Below, one piece after another: positions 30,244 through 40,701 of a stretch of DNA of 64,000 nt. Numbering within the stretch: position 1 is the stretch's first letter; each line of letters starts with the position of its first letter. The stretch is taken from assembly GCA_039189765.1 (NCBI GenBank), contig JBCCYL010000006.1, positions 64,001-128,000 of the forward strand, given 5' to 3'. Position numbers and translations under genes: made by a program. This DNA comes from Cyanobacteria bacterium P01_F01_bin.150. Lineage in GTDB: Bacteria; Cyanobacteriota; Cyanobacteriia; CAKZMO01. The notes beneath the pieces were generated by a model, which was not told the origin of the DNA, searched no databases, and saw only the letters and a program-made list of their open reading frames with translations.

Positions 30244-30300
30244 CGGGAAACTGGGGCGCGGAGCGCCCCAGTTTCCCGGTAAATATTTCCCAGCTTAAGC
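30244..30300. repeat. dispersed palindromic element, copy B
   Basis: CGGGAAACTGGGGCGC-GGA-GCGCCCCAGTTTCCCG perfect 16-bp stem, followed by a TTCCCAGCTTAAGC tail. Confidence 0.75.
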
Positions 30301-30456
30301 TTTAAACCGAAGCATTAGGATAACACGGCAATATCGTAACAGAATCCCCTTTCATTGTTGCTAGCGCCAAACATAATCTAATAATAATCGTGTGGGCACG
30401 ACGCGCCCTCATTTTCCACAAGCTTGTTATGAAACGTCTTTTAAGGCACGAGAAAA

Positions 30457-30870
30457 TCACTCAATCGCCAACGATACTTGACCGCTGCCAATATCTCGAA
30501 GCGTAATCAAGGCACGGGTCACCTCATTGTATTCCAGCTCACGGTCAGCCTTTAGACGGACATAACCATTAGGAGTTTTGGACAGATATTGGCGAATTTC
30601 AGTGGCAAGAATCGTCACATCCGTTTGCTGATCTGCAATCAGCAATTGCCCTTCTTTATTAAGCCCGACTACCAATGGCTCAACTGTTTCTTCTTCAACC
30701 GCCCCATCGAAATCGTCAGGAGAAGGAGCTTCTACAGTAAGGATATTTTGACTGCTTAAATTCATCGAAATGATGATGAAAAACGTTAAGACAGACATCA
30801 ACACATCCATCAAGGGAACTAGATTAACCTCAGGGAGTTGGCTTTTAAACTGTCGTCGCCGTACATTCAC
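30457..30870 (-). CDS. exbD: biopolymer transporter ExbD
   Basis: EVNLVPLMDVLM, LKADR, VSLA. Confidence 0.88.
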   Translation of the reverse strand: MNVRRRQFKSQLPEVNLVPLMDVLMSVLTFFIIISMNLSSQNILTVEAPSPDDFDGAVEEETVEPLVVGLNKEGQLLIADQQTDVTILATEIRQYLSKTPNGYVRLKADRELEYNEVTRALITLRDIGSGQVSLAIE

Positions 30871-31298
30871 GATCCCGATTCCTCCAGTGCAAGGGAAACG
30901 CGATCGCCACCCAGAATTTTCATCTCTACCAGAAAGTCTATGACATCTTCATAGGGAACCTGTTTATCGGCCACTAAAAACACGAGCGTATCATCTCGCT
31001 GAGCCAGGTGCTCCTGCATCACTGGATTAATGCCCTCATAGGGAATCGGCACATCATCAATAAAATATTCGCCAGCGTCACCCAATCGAATAATTAGAGG
31101 AGGAATAGGATCTTCCCCAGGTTCATCTAGCTCTTCAGGTGGTGCATCTGCATCTGCTGGCAGTTGAATTGTAATACCCCGAGGCTGCCCCAAGGTCATT
31201 GTAATAATCACAAAAAAAGCTAGTACTCCCAGCAACACATTCAGCATGGGGATGAGATTAATCGTTGGGATAGAAGCTTGCTGCTGACGAAAACGCAT
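30867..31298 (-). CDS. exbD: biopolymer transporter ExbD (Asn in place of the TM Asp)
   Basis: INLIPMLNVLL, LVADK.VPY, GGDRVSLA. 4-nt overlap with the next gene. Confidence 0.85.
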   Translation of the reverse strand: MRFRQQQASIPTINLIPMLNVLLGVLAFFVIITMTLGQPRGITIQLPADADAPPEELDEPGEDPIPPLIIRLGDAGEYFIDDVPIPYEGINPVMQEHLAQRDDTLVFLVADKQVPYEDVIDFLVEMKILGGDRVSLALEESGS

Positions 31299-31368
31299 AG
31301 GACGATGTTAATGGCTCTATGTTGCTCGACTATTGCTCTATTGTTGCTCTGATAGCGCTTGTAAGACA

Positions 31369-32052
31369 CTAGACCACCCTTTTTTCTGGCGTTATCACTG
31401 GTGATGCTTGATTCTGGCTATTTTGGGCACTCTGAGGCTCGTACCACCGCTGACGATAAATGAGTTCCAGTTCAGTACCGACTTCAGAAAAGTAATCCAT
31501 TTGCTGAGCCTGTAACGAAACAAAAACTCGAAAAACGGCTAAGGCCAAAATGGCAACAACCATGCCCGCAGCCGTAGTAATCAATGCTTCTCCAATTCCG
31601 CCAGCGGCAAGTGTTGCACCTTCGCCTGCACCACCACCACCAATATCAAGGTTGTTAAAGGTAACAATCAGTCCAGTTACGGTCCCTAACAGACCAAGAA
31701 GAGGCGCGATCGCCACTACAGTCTCTAAAAACTTATCGCCCTTACGCATTTTGACAAACTCTTTATCTGCCGCTGCTTCCAAAGCAAGTCTGAAGGTCTC
31801 AGGAGTGGGCCGATTGAGTTGAAGCGGAGCTAATAAAAAGCGACCGATCGCGACTTGCTGGGCCTGTTCGGCAATTATTTGAGCATCATCCAAGTTGTAA
31901 TGAGCGGCTGCCAACACATCATGGACAATACGATCCTCTTGACGCAGAAGTAGAACCCAAAACCATGTACGCTCTAGTGCAGTGGCAAAAGTCAGCACCG
32001 ACAGAATGAACAAAGGAATCATCACGGGTCCCCCTTTAAGCAAAAGGGTCAA
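31369..32052 (-). CDS. exbB: MotA/TolQ/ExbB proton channel protein
   Basis: KGGPVMIPL, APLLGLLGTVTGLI, GIGEALITTAAG. Start uncertain: ORF is open to 32196, TTG at 32052 chosen. Confidence 0.88.
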   Translation of the reverse strand: MTLLLKGGPVMIPLFILSVLTFATALERTWFWVLLLRQEDRIVHDVLAAAHYNLDDAQIIAEQAQQVAIGRFLLAPLQLNRPTPETFRLALEAAADKEFVKMRKGDKFLETVVAIAPLLGLLGTVTGLIVTFNNLDIGGGGAGEGATLAAGGIGEALITTAAGMVVAILALAVFRVFVSLQAQQMDYFSEVGTELELIYRQRWYEPQSAQNSQNQASPVITPEKRVV

Positions 32053-32392
32053 AACCGGGTATGTAGTGCCACGAATCGTAATTCCTAACAAATGCAAACT
32101 ACACAAGGATGTGTAAAACAGTCCATTACATATATCTATGAGGCTTAGGATATTCACGATAATAAAGACGTCTCTCCAAAACCTGACTGTACCCATAGTA
32201 GGATACCTGGGCTTCTTCTAAAGGTTATTAAGGGCGAGTTAAGAAGACGTTATCTCCGCGCCCCCACAAAAACGTCTCCGCCCTCTTATAGAGATCAATC
32301 ACACCATCGTGATAAAAAACTTGACAGTCTGAAATGGAACGAACCGTGGAATGCTGCCGTATAATCGGGGATCGCATACCTGATAAAGCATT

Positions 32393-33445
32393 ATGGTACA
32401 AACACCAGTTCGCATCACCCAACCCTCTGCCCTATTATCAAAAGCAGAGCCTATCTCATCCTCATCATCCGCTTGGGGGACACTTCGCCACGATTGGACT
32501 GCTACCGAAATTCAAGCCCTTTTGAACTTGCCTCTGATGGATTTAGTCTATCAAGCTCAGACGGTGCACCGACAATTTCAACCTCATAATGAAATTCAAC
32601 TTGCAACACTGTTGAGTGTAAAAACAGGGGGTTGCTCTGAAAACTGTGCTTACTGCCCACAATCGGCTCATCACGACACCGATGTGGATCGAGAACCGGC
32701 AATGAATGTTGACACCGTCCTAGCCTCTGCCCAAAAAGCCAAAGAGCTGGGAGCCAGTCGATTTTGTATGGGCTGGGCATGGCGAGAGATTCGAGACGGA
32801 GCCATGTTTGAAGATATGTTGTCGATGGTGCGTGGCGTTCGAGAGCTGGGAATGGAAGCCTGCGTTACAGCCGGAATGCTGCAATCACACCAAGCTGAAC
32901 GCCTCGCAGAAGCAGGATTAACGGCCTATAACCATAATTTAGATACCAGTCCTGAGTACTATGACAAAATTATTACCACCCGCACCTATGGAGAGCGGCT
33001 TCAGACCCTTGATCGGGTCCGCCAGGCTGGACTGACGGTTTGCTGTGGCGGCATTATTGGCATGGGAGAATCAGTGGGCGATCGCGCCCGTATGTTAGAG
33101 ATTCTCTCTAGCCTCGATCCCCATCCTGAAAGTGTCCCTATTAATACTCTAGTCGCCGTAGAAGGGACGCCCTTGGCAGGGCAGATGTTTACTGACCCAA
33201 TGGAGTTAGTACGCATGTGTGCAGCAGCGCGGATTGTCATGCCTAAATCGATGGTGCGCTTAAGTGCAGGCCGCAGTGCCCTTAGTCGTGAAGCTCAAGT
33301 TCTATGTTTCCTAGCGGGAGCAAACTCTATTTTTTATGGAGAGAAGCTCCTGACTACGGGCAATCCTGAAATGGACAGCGATCGCCAGCTCTTGCATGAT
33401 ATCGGGGCAGTTCCTCTAGAGCCTGAGCAATCAGTCGTTAGTTAG
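32393..33445 (+). CDS. bioB: biotin synthase
   Basis: [15 protein letters not shown] radical-SAM motif, [35 protein letters not shown]. Confidence 0.97.
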   Translation: MVQTPVRITQPSALLSKAEPISSSSSAWGTLRHDWTATEIQALLNLPLMDLVYQAQTVHRQFQPHNEIQLATLLSVKTGGCSENCAYCPQSAHHDTDVDREPAMNVDTVLASAQKAKELGASRFCMGWAWREIRDGAMFEDMLSMVRGVRELGMEACVTAGMLQSHQAERLAEAGLTAYNHNLDTSPEYYDKIITTRTYGERLQTLDRVRQAGLTVCCGGIIGMGESVGDRARMLEILSSLDPHPESVPINTLVAVEGTPLAGQMFTDPMELVRMCAAARIVMPKSMVRLSAGRSALSREAQVLCFLAGANSIFYGEKLLTTGNPEMDSDRQLLHDIGAVPLEPEQSVVS

Positions 33446-33488
33446 ACCAGAATATTTAAAGCATAGGGGCGTAGGGGCATAGGGGCTA

Positions 33489-34718
33489 CTACGAGGCGCG
33501 AGTTACTTTAATCTCTGGTCGATCAGCACATTGAACTCTGCTTTGGATATAGTCTTCAACATTTTCCGAAGGCGTCAAGGCGTTAGCATCGGCCCCATCC
33601 CCACCATTGTCCAGCCCTCGCCTGACTGCGCTGGGGAGATTAAGACGACTAGTGCTGGGAGTATAGCGTTCGACAATACAAGGATAGATAATCGACGTAT
33701 TTTGACGCAAAGTCACACTGTCTTCTACGGGACGTGATTGTAGTTCCATCCAAATCCCTAATCCCTGGCTATCGTCTAAGTCTGGAGAAATGATCATGCG
33801 CCACTGCTCTGGATTCAGGGAAACATCAGTGGGTATAGTGGCTTGCTCATCAGGAGATACAGAGGATGGATTGCCTGTGACCTCTTCTAATAAGTCATCT
33901 AATAGATGAGTTTTGGAGGCTGCTAGCTTACTCTGGAAGCGATCGTTTATGGGTTCACTAAATTGTTGAGCATTGCGGACCCAATTGCGAACTTGGGGAA
34001 TTGACTGGAGCTGTAGCGTCTGGTCTAGAGTTGCTTCGGCAATATCAAACACAGGAGGGCGAGCGCCCACCGGAATCACAAATGCACTCTCTTCCAGGGT
34101 CCCCAGCAATAGGACTGGATAATCCGTCACCCATCTCTGTACCAGCACCTGAAATTGAAACCAACAGCTTACGGTGGCGCTTGCTAAAAATAAAATAGTA
34201 AACTGCTGCCGGGTTTTAGTATCTGGAGCGTTAAATTTTCCTGTAGACGTAACCACTTTAGGCAAAAGAGTATAGCCAGCGGAAATAATTGGCCAGCCAA
34301 CAATAGCGGCAGTCCGCACATCTCCATTTCCCAGGATAAAGAAATATATAGCGGTCAATAGCCCCACAACCCAGGCTGCTGGATAGATTTTGATATCAAA
34401 AAAGGGAATGACGATTTTTGCTTTTACCAAAAGCCACGCAACCGAGAGGCATAGACAGACCCAGCCTGCGGTGAATAATAGCCATCGAGCCAGGGACATT
34501 TGAAAGAAGAGAGCAGAAGCGTCAGAAACGCTCCCGCTATTTCCCACATTACCCAGAACATTCGCCAGTATCCATGGCTCGTTGCTGGCAGCCAAAGCCA
34601 CCAGCCATGAAAATAAACACAGAAATAAAAACGTTCGCCAAGACAGCTCCTGGTTTGGATTAAGAATAGGCCAGAGCTGCTTCCAAATGTACTTGAGATT
34701 GGCAATAAGATACTGCAC
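33489..34718 (-). CDS. cyanobacterial membrane protein (DUF5357-like)
   Basis: SWRT...FSW, several TM segments, SCWFQF...W..DYP.L motif. Confidence 0.65.
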   Translation of the reverse strand: MQYLIANLKYIWKQLWPILNPNQELSWRTFLFLCLFSWLVALAASNEPWILANVLGNVGNSGSVSDASALFFQMSLARWLLFTAGWVCLCLSVAWLLVKAKIVIPFFDIKIYPAAWVVGLLTAIYFFILGNGDVRTAAIVGWPIISAGYTLLPKVVTSTGKFNAPDTKTRQQFTILFLASATVSCWFQFQVLVQRWVTDYPVLLLGTLEESAFVIPVGARPPVFDIAEATLDQTLQLQSIPQVRNWVRNAQQFSEPINDRFQSKLAASKTHLLDDLLEEVTGNPSSVSPDEQATIPTDVSLNPEQWRMIISPDLDDSQGLGIWMELQSRPVEDSVTLRQNTSIIYPCIVERYTPSTSRLNLPSAVRRGLDNGGDGADANALTPSENVEDYIQSRVQCADRPEIKVTRAS

Positions 34719-34851
34719 AGGGTTGCCTTTCCATTGTTAATACAGATGCTCCCGCTCATTATATAACCCCGCCTTTGTGTCAGGTTATGGAACATGCAGG
34801 TTTTATCCAAGCTGTAGGGGGTTTTATGGTAAGGCGAAACACAATCAACGG

Positions 34852-34880
34852 TAGTGTAGGCGCTTCGCTGCCCACACTAC
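34852..34880. repeat. intergenic hairpin (REP-like/terminator)
   Basis: GTAGTGTAGGC-GCTTCGCT-GCCCACACTAC, downstream of the response regulator. Confidence 0.45.
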
Positions 34881-34910
34881 TCGCCTCAAGTTGATCGTTG
34901 ATACCCGAAC

Positions 34911-35585
34911 TTAATCACGCAGGACATATCCTACGCCACGCACTGTCTGAATCAAACGACTTTCGCCTTCTGCTTCCAGTTTGAGCCGAAGATAACGAAT
35001 GTAAACTTCGATAATGTTGGAGTCTCCCATAAAGTCATATCCCCACACTTCTTCCAAAATGCGATCGCGGGTAATCACCTGACGCGGATACGACAGCAGA
35101 TACTCCAGGAGATCGAATTCCTTTGCGGTCAGTTCAATCGCCCGCTTACCCCGAAAAACTTCACGGGTTTGGCGGTCAAGGCTAAGATCATCAAATCGTA
35201 AGGTTTCGGTTTCATCCTCCTGGGTACGACGTAGATGAGCCCGGATGCGAGCTAACAATTCTTCGATGCTAAAGGGTTTAACTAAATAGTCATCAGCTCC
35301 GGCATCAAGACCGGTGACGCGATCGCTCACTTCATCCTTTGCAGTCAATAGAATAACGGGGGTTTTTACTCCGGTTGAACGGAGACGGCGACAAACTTCC
35401 ACCCCAGTCATCCCTGGCATCATCCAATCCAAGATGATTAAATCGGGATTCTTATCTCTAATCGTCGTTAATCCGGTTAATCCATCATTGGCTACACTTA
35501 CTTCATAGCCTTCATAGCCCAGTTCCATTTCAATGAACCGAGCCAATTTTTCTTCGTCTTCCACGACTACGATTTGGATGCTCAT
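34911..35585 (-). CDS. OmpR-family response regulator
   Basis: VEDE, LDWMMPG, LTAKD, KPF and a winged-helix ending IQTVRGVGY. Confidence 0.95.
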   Translation of the reverse strand: MSIQIVVVEDEEKLARFIEMELGYEGYEVSVANDGLTGLTTIRDKNPDLIILDWMMPGMTGVEVCRRLRSTGVKTPVILLTAKDEVSDRVTGLDAGADDYLVKPFSIEELLARIRAHLRRTQEDETETLRFDDLSLDRQTREVFRGKRAIELTAKEFDLLEYLLSYPRQVITRDRILEEVWGYDFMGDSNIIEVYIRYLRLKLEAEGESRLIQTVRGVGYVLRD

Positions 35586-37128
35586 AGGTATTGGGATTAG
35601 TGGGTAATGTTACGGTAAATATGCTGCCTTGGTTGGGTTTAGAACGGACCGAAACAGTGCCGCCCATGCCTTCTACAAGAACTTTGACAATAGATAAGCC
35701 AATGCCACAGCCTCCTGTAGAACGTGAACGATTACTATCCACGCGATAGCACTGATCAAAAATGCGTGACTGATGCTGGAGAGGAATGCCTACACCGCGA
35801 TCGCACACCTGGATAATCGCATAGGATGAGGCATTAGACCTATCTAATGCTGAAGCTTCAGCAAAGTCAGGGTGCTGCCCGCAGCTAGGACTATCCGATT
35901 GAGTTAATCGCACTGTTACCACCTGCTCTGACTCCGAATATTGCAATGCATTATCGATCAGCTGAGCCAGCACTTGCCTTAGTGAATCCGGATCAACATG
36001 GGCTTTGATAGGATAGTCGACCTGCATATCCAGGTCAATATCTCGGTAGCTAGACGTAATTGCCATCTTCACCACATCATCCACTAAATCATTTAGAATC
36101 ACCGTTGAAAGATTTAAGCGCATCTGTCCACTTTCTGCTCGCTCCAGATTAAGTAAATCCTGAAGGAGACGGATAGTATGATCTGCTTCGGTTGCTGCCG
36201 TTTCCAATGCTTCTCGCTGAGGTTCGGTAAACATTTTGCGCCGACGCAGCAGACTTTGTAGATATCCCGAGACAATGCTCAAAGGAGTACGCAATTCATG
36301 GGAAATATCGCGTACAAACTGTTGCTGATGATTTAGCGCATTGGACAATCGACTCAAGGAGTGCTCACAGGTAATCGCTAGCTCTTTCACCTCAGTCGGT
36401 GCAGCACCGAGCTTTAACTGACTGTGGGCTAGCTCTTCCACCGAGAGAAATTTTGTCATCTGACTCATTTGTCGCAAGGACCGCAGAGCGCGACGGACAT
36501 ATATGGCGATCGCGATCGCCATCAGCCCCATTGCTAGCAAAGTCACTAAACTAAGAGCTTGCATGAGCTTGCGAAACATTATCCGATCATCGGTAATATC
36601 AAGCGCAATGTGAAGCAATCCCATCGCCTGGCCCTTGACCTCTAAGTTTTGGGCGCAGATCACATAGTGGCGACTATCGATGGTTCGAACTGCTGGCAAA
36701 AAAGGCACATTATTTTGAGCAGTCAAAGTATGGACAATATCGCTATCATGCCATTCCCGAGTCGGCTCAACCAGAATATCACCATTGGCATCGGCTAAAG
36801 CAATTGAAAAAGCAGGTAGGCTACGGACATCAATCGCCCGTTGAACGGCCTCATCCATCTCCATCATATCTTTGTAGATATAGGCTTCAATGTCTTGAGG
36901 CACCCGACTAGCCATCTCATGGACAGCTTGCTTATGGCTACCAATCAGAATTGCTTCAGTCCGCCAACTAATCCATCCGGCAACAGACCCCATACCCACT
37001 ATCGTCACTAGGGTCGTTCCCAAAGTAAGACGAAATTGGAGTGACTTTGGATCAAGCTGCTGTCGGATTTGCCGCAATGCCCGATTCCGTATTTTTTTAT
37101 ACGATTTAACACTTAGTAGTTTGAACAC
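35530..37128 (-). CDS. membrane sensor histidine kinase (HAMP-HisKA-HATPase)
   Basis: Two TM segments, SHELRTPL, LIDNALQY, DRGVGI, GCGIGL. Overlaps the response regulator by 56 nt. Confidence 0.92.
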   Translation of the reverse strand: MFKLLSVKSYKKIRNRALRQIRQQLDPKSLQFRLTLGTTLVTIVGMGSVAGWISWRTEAILIGSHKQAVHEMASRVPQDIEAYIYKDMMEMDEAVQRAIDVRSLPAFSIALADANGDILVEPTREWHDSDIVHTLTAQNNVPFLPAVRTIDSRHYVICAQNLEVKGQAMGLLHIALDITDDRIMFRKLMQALSLVTLLAMGLMAIAIAIYVRRALRSLRQMSQMTKFLSVEELAHSQLKLGAAPTEVKELAITCEHSLSRLSNALNHQQQFVRDISHELRTPLSIVSGYLQSLLRRRKMFTEPQREALETAATEADHTIRLLQDLLNLERAESGQMRLNLSTVILNDLVDDVVKMAITSSYRDIDLDMQVDYPIKAHVDPDSLRQVLAQLIDNALQYSESEQVVTVRLTQSDSPSCGQHPDFAEASALDRSNASSYAIIQVCDRGVGIPLQHQSRIFDQCYRVDSNRSRSTGGCGIGLSIVKVLVEGMGGTVSVRSKPNQGSIFTVTLPTNPNTYEHPNRSRGRRRKIGSVH

Positions 37129-37273
37129 AGCGCTTTATCCGCTAGGAACCACGACAACGAGTACCAGACAACTTTTCTAATCTTTGCACTTTACTATCCT
37201 AGTCAGCGAACTAAGCGAATACATGAAATTATCCTGAGTAAGATCTAATAAAAATCAGACCAAAATTTTTTCC

Positions 37274-38266
37274 CTATTTCGTAGTTACTCCTAGACCCTG
37301 CTCTGCGATCGCAGCCCCCGGACTAACCGCATTTGCCCGCACCGCTCGAAACATACCAAATCGACACAAACCAACCCCAAAGGCTAACCGCATCAGCAGC
37401 AAGGTCGGGACTTCCCTCAATGATTTAATAAAGCCAGAAACGCCAAATTGAATCAGCCCTTTAGGCCGAATAATTCCTTGCCAAATCGAATCAATCCAAG
37501 ACGGCAGAGTCTCCTGGGTCCAGTCCGCTGTCACGACTTTTCCATCCGCCAGTCCAGTATCCTCTAAATTCTCAGCAAAGCCTTCAATGCTGGCAAACGC
37601 CGGATGGGACCACTGGTCTAATAGCTGCTTCATCACGGGTCGTTCCCACCCGGATAGAGGACGTTGACGATCGTCACGTTGATTCCAATCCGCCACGACT
37701 AAAATGCCACCAGGCTTTACGACTCGCAGCAATTCTTTGGCAAATACCTCTTTATCCGGCATGTGGGGACCAGCTTCTACCGACCACACAACATCAAAAC
37801 TAGCATCAGCATAAGACAATGCCATAGCATCATCCACGTGAAACTTAGCGGTCACTCCGTCTGGAGTCAGTTCAGTCGCGCGTTTGACTTGGCCGGGGCT
37901 AATGGTCACTCCAGTGACATCGAAACCGTAGTCTTTGGCTAAAATGCGACTGCTTCCACCAATTCCACAGCCCACATCCAGGACTGTTGTGCCTTTGGGC
38001 ATACGCTCAAGTCCACCCCAACGCACCATTTCATGGACAAAGTTAGCCTTGGCAACTCGAAAGTCTTTCTTTCTGGGTGGCGAACCATAGTGGCCTAAAT
38101 GAATATGCTCACCCCAGTAGAACTCTAAGATTCCATCCTGAGTCCATTCATCATAGGACTTAGCAACAGAATCCGATGACTCATACTTGCGTGCCGTAAG
38201 TAGATAAATAGCAGCAGCAATCACCACTAGGCCAAGAACCGAACTCGCAATAACCAATAAACCCAT
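37274..38266 (-). CDS. MPBQ/MSBQ methyltransferase (tocopherol/plastoquinone pathway, Sll0418-like)
   Basis: RKYESSDSVAKSYDEWT.DGILEFYWGEHIHLGHYG, LDVGCGIGGSSR, EAGPHMPDK. ATG at 38266. Confidence 0.85.
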   Translation of the reverse strand: MGLLVIASSVLGLVVIAAAIYLLTARKYESSDSVAKSYDEWTQDGILEFYWGEHIHLGHYGSPPRKKDFRVAKANFVHEMVRWGGLERMPKGTTVLDVGCGIGGSSRILAKDYGFDVTGVTISPGQVKRATELTPDGVTAKFHVDDAMALSYADASFDVVWSVEAGPHMPDKEVFAKELLRVVKPGGILVVADWNQRDDRQRPLSGWERPVMKQLLDQWSHPAFASIEGFAENLEDTGLADGKVVTADWTQETLPSWIDSIWQGIIRPKGLIQFGVSGFIKSLREVPTLLLMRLAFGVGLCRFGMFRAVRANAVSPGAAIAEQGLGVTTK

Positions 38267-38338
38267 GAAACCCCTACTGCCTGGTATTTTAACCAACATT
38301 CTTTAGTGTAAAGCGGTTCGGAATAATTTGCATGTTGC

Positions 38339-38989
38339 CTAGGTTGCCCGTTTTCGCTGGCTCATTGCCTTTTCAATGCGCTGAAATTCCTCTTTCACCT
38401 CTGCCCAAAGACGACGATTGTAGGGGTCGGCTTTGAGCGCTTTTTTAAGATATATCTGAGCTTTGCGATATTCCTTATTATTTGCCAGATAGCGTGCCCA
38501 CTGCTGATAAGTAATTGCTTGCCACTGCTGCACCTCTGGATCCTTCGGGATTCGCTGCACTAATCCTTCCACGAGAGCGATCGCCCTGGGAAAACGCTGA
38601 TTTTTGAGAAATTGCTGAAGCTGTTCGTAGGATTGTTGTTTGAGTCGATTATCTATCGCCGATAATTGAGGATTCGTTTGGACGACTGGACGGGTTCGCC
38701 GTGCTCCATACTCAGGTACAGGACTTGACGATGCTGACGATGATTGAGCTTGCCGAGCGTTTTGGGCCTGCACTTGACGCTTTGCTTTGACCGCCGCCGA
38801 TGCCCCTAGCTTTAAAATCACCTGATACGCTTCAGTCACCTCAATAAACTGTTGACTGGCCCACTCCACTTGGTCTGGATTTACGTCTGGATGGTATCGT
38901 CGCGCCAGCCGACGATAGGCCGCCTTAACGTCTTCGAAAGGTGCCCCAGGCACAATACCTAGTACATGGTAACAATTGACCAAATTCAT
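38339..38989 (-). CDS. DnaJ-domain protein with TPR-like C-terminus
   Basis: AYRRLARRYHPD J-domain followed by a helical repeat. Confidence 0.88.
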   Translation of the reverse strand: MNLVNCYHVLGIVPGAPFEDVKAAYRRLARRYHPDVNPDQVEWASQQFIEVTEAYQVILKLGASAAVKAKRQVQAQNARQAQSSSASSSPVPEYGARRTRPVVQTNPQLSAIDNRLKQQSYEQLQQFLKNQRFPRAIALVEGLVQRIPKDPEVQQWQAITYQQWARYLANNKEYRKAQIYLKKALKADPYNRRLWAEVKEEFQRIEKAMSQRKRAT

Positions 38990-39069
38990 TACATGCCCGA
39001 ACCCATCACACCAAGGGATACATCAATCTCAACGGATCTTTTTCTTACATACTGAGTCAATCTAAACAC

Positions 39070-39102
39070 AAAAAATGGCAGAATCCTGCTTAATTCTGCC
39101 AT
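39070..39102 (-). terminator. putative terminator downstream of the clp operon
   Basis: ATGGCAGAAT/ATTCTGCCAT stem followed by a T-run on the minus strand. Confidence 0.6.
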
Positions 39103-39182
39103 CAATCAAATAAGGTATCAACTATGTATGATCATGGCGCACATGCCCCCCACGCTTTCTCAGTATCTATCTTGGGCTAGAG

Positions 39183-39262
39183 CTATGGGTTTGTATTTTA
39201 AGGCGAGTTTCTGGGGGCGCTTCGCGCCCCAGAAACCCATTCAATTCTTCCCAGATTAAGCT
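39183..39262. repeat. dispersed palindromic element, copy C
   Basis: CTATGGGTTTGTATTTTAAGG + GTTTCTGGGGGCGC-TTC-GCGCCCCAGAAAC + TTCCCAGATTAAGC. Confidence 0.7.
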
Positions 39263-39272
39263 ATACGCCGAG

Positions 39273-39875
39273 CTATGCGGAAGTATGGTCTTCAATGACT
39301 CGATCAATCAGACCGTACTCCATTGCTTCTTGAGCAGACATAAAATTATCGCGGTCTGTATCCTTTTCAATTTGTTCGACAGTCTGGCCTGTATGTTCAG
39401 CCATCAACTCATTTAACTCTTGACGAACGCGAAGGATCTGATTGGCCTCAATTTCAATATCCGTTGCTTGGCCACGACCCACCCCCCCCAAAGGCTGGTG
39501 AATCATAATGCGAGCGTGGGGCAAGGCGAGCCGCTTTCCCTTGGTGCCCGCTGTCAACAAAAATGCTCCCATCGACGCAGCTAAACCAACACAAATCGTG
39601 ACTACTTCCGACTTAATGTGCTGCATCGTATCGTACATGGCCATTCCTGCCGTCACTGAACCGCCAGGAGAGTTGATGTAAAGATAAATTGGCTTGCCTG
39701 GATCTTCAGAGTCCAGATACAGCATGTAGGCGACAATGGCATTGGCGATCGCATCGTCTACCTCTTCAGCCAAGAAAATAATTCGTTCCCGAAATAGCCG
39801 CTCATAGATATTAATCCATTGCTCATACTGACTACCGGGAAGACGAAACGGAACGCTCGGAACACCAATCGGCAT
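39273..39875 (-). CDS. clpP: ATP-dependent Clp protease proteolytic subunit (ClpP3 type)
   Basis: MPIGVP N-terminus and an intact triad: AASMG, IMIHQP, DRDNF. Confidence 0.95.
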   Translation of the reverse strand: MPIGVPSVPFRLPGSQYEQWINIYERLFRERIIFLAEEVDDAIANAIVAYMLYLDSEDPGKPIYLYINSPGGSVTAGMAMYDTMQHIKSEVVTICVGLAASMGAFLLTAGTKGKRLALPHARIMIHQPLGGVGRGQATDIEIEANQILRVRQELNELMAEHTGQTVEQIEKDTDRDNFMSAQEAMEYGLIDRVIEDHTSA

Positions 39876-39954
39876 AGGACTTTACCAATAAATAAACAAC
39901 AGTAAGGATCGACCCACAAAGTAGGTTACAAAGTTGACAAAGCAACTCTCAGCT

Positions 39955-40623
39955 TTAGAGAGAACTCGTCCCCGTAGGCGCACTCGCTTTTCCTAGAACC
40001 TGATCCACGAGTCCATAATCCAATGCCTCTTGGGGAGACATATAGAACATACGGTTCATATCCTTCGCCAATTTTTCTACAGACTGCCCTGTGTTCTGGG
40101 CGAAAATTTCTAAAACCGTTGACCGCTTAGAAACCACTTCTTGTGCACCAATTTGAATATCCGTAGCCTGTCCTTGGGTCAAGTTGGGTGGCTGGTTCAA
40201 AGCAATGGATGCATGGGGTAAACTAGCCCGTTTACCCTTGGAACCTGACGATAAAATCATGGCTGAAATACCCACAGCTTGCCCCATACAGATGGTCACC
40301 ATCTCCGACTTAATATGCTGCATAGTGTCATAAATAGCCAGACCAGACATGATAGAAATCATGCCAGACGACATATTTGCCATGCCTGCCTCAACCGGAT
40401 CGCCGAAGGAGTTAATGTACAGATAGATGGGTTTGCTGGGGTCGTCTGAATCCAGATACAGCAAACGGGACACAATAGAATTGGCAACCCCCGTTGTCAG
40501 GGGTTGGTTGAGAAAAATAATTCGTTCCTGACTGAGTCGGGTATAAATATTCACCCATTGCCAAGACTGGCTGCCAGGAAGATTGTATGGAACCCGAAGG
40601 ATTGGATCAACGGACATAAACAA
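39955..40623 (-). CDS. non-catalytic ClpP/ClpR-like subunit (extra paralog)
   Basis: Clp fold motifs are present, but GQAVGIS (no catalytic Ser) and IALNQP (no His). Confidence 0.85.
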   Translation of the reverse strand: MFMSVDPILRVPYNLPGSQSWQWVNIYTRLSQERIIFLNQPLTTGVANSIVSRLLYLDSDDPSKPIYLYINSFGDPVEAGMANMSSGMISIMSGLAIYDTMQHIKSEMVTICMGQAVGISAMILSSGSKGKRASLPHASIALNQPPNLTQGQATDIQIGAQEVVSKRSTVLEIFAQNTGQSVEKLAKDMNRMFYMSPQEALDYGLVDQVLGKASAPTGTSSL

Positions 40624-40701
40624 GCCTGCTCAGGAATGATCAATAACAACAATCGTATTGGGAAGAAAGGCGAAAGAATGATGGCCTTAGTTCAATCCAA
40701 A

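Noticed and set aside
33463..33487. C(A/G)TAGGGG x3 short tandem repeat between bioB and the convergent gene
   Set aside because: Ordinary short cyanobacterial tandem repeat with no further signal.
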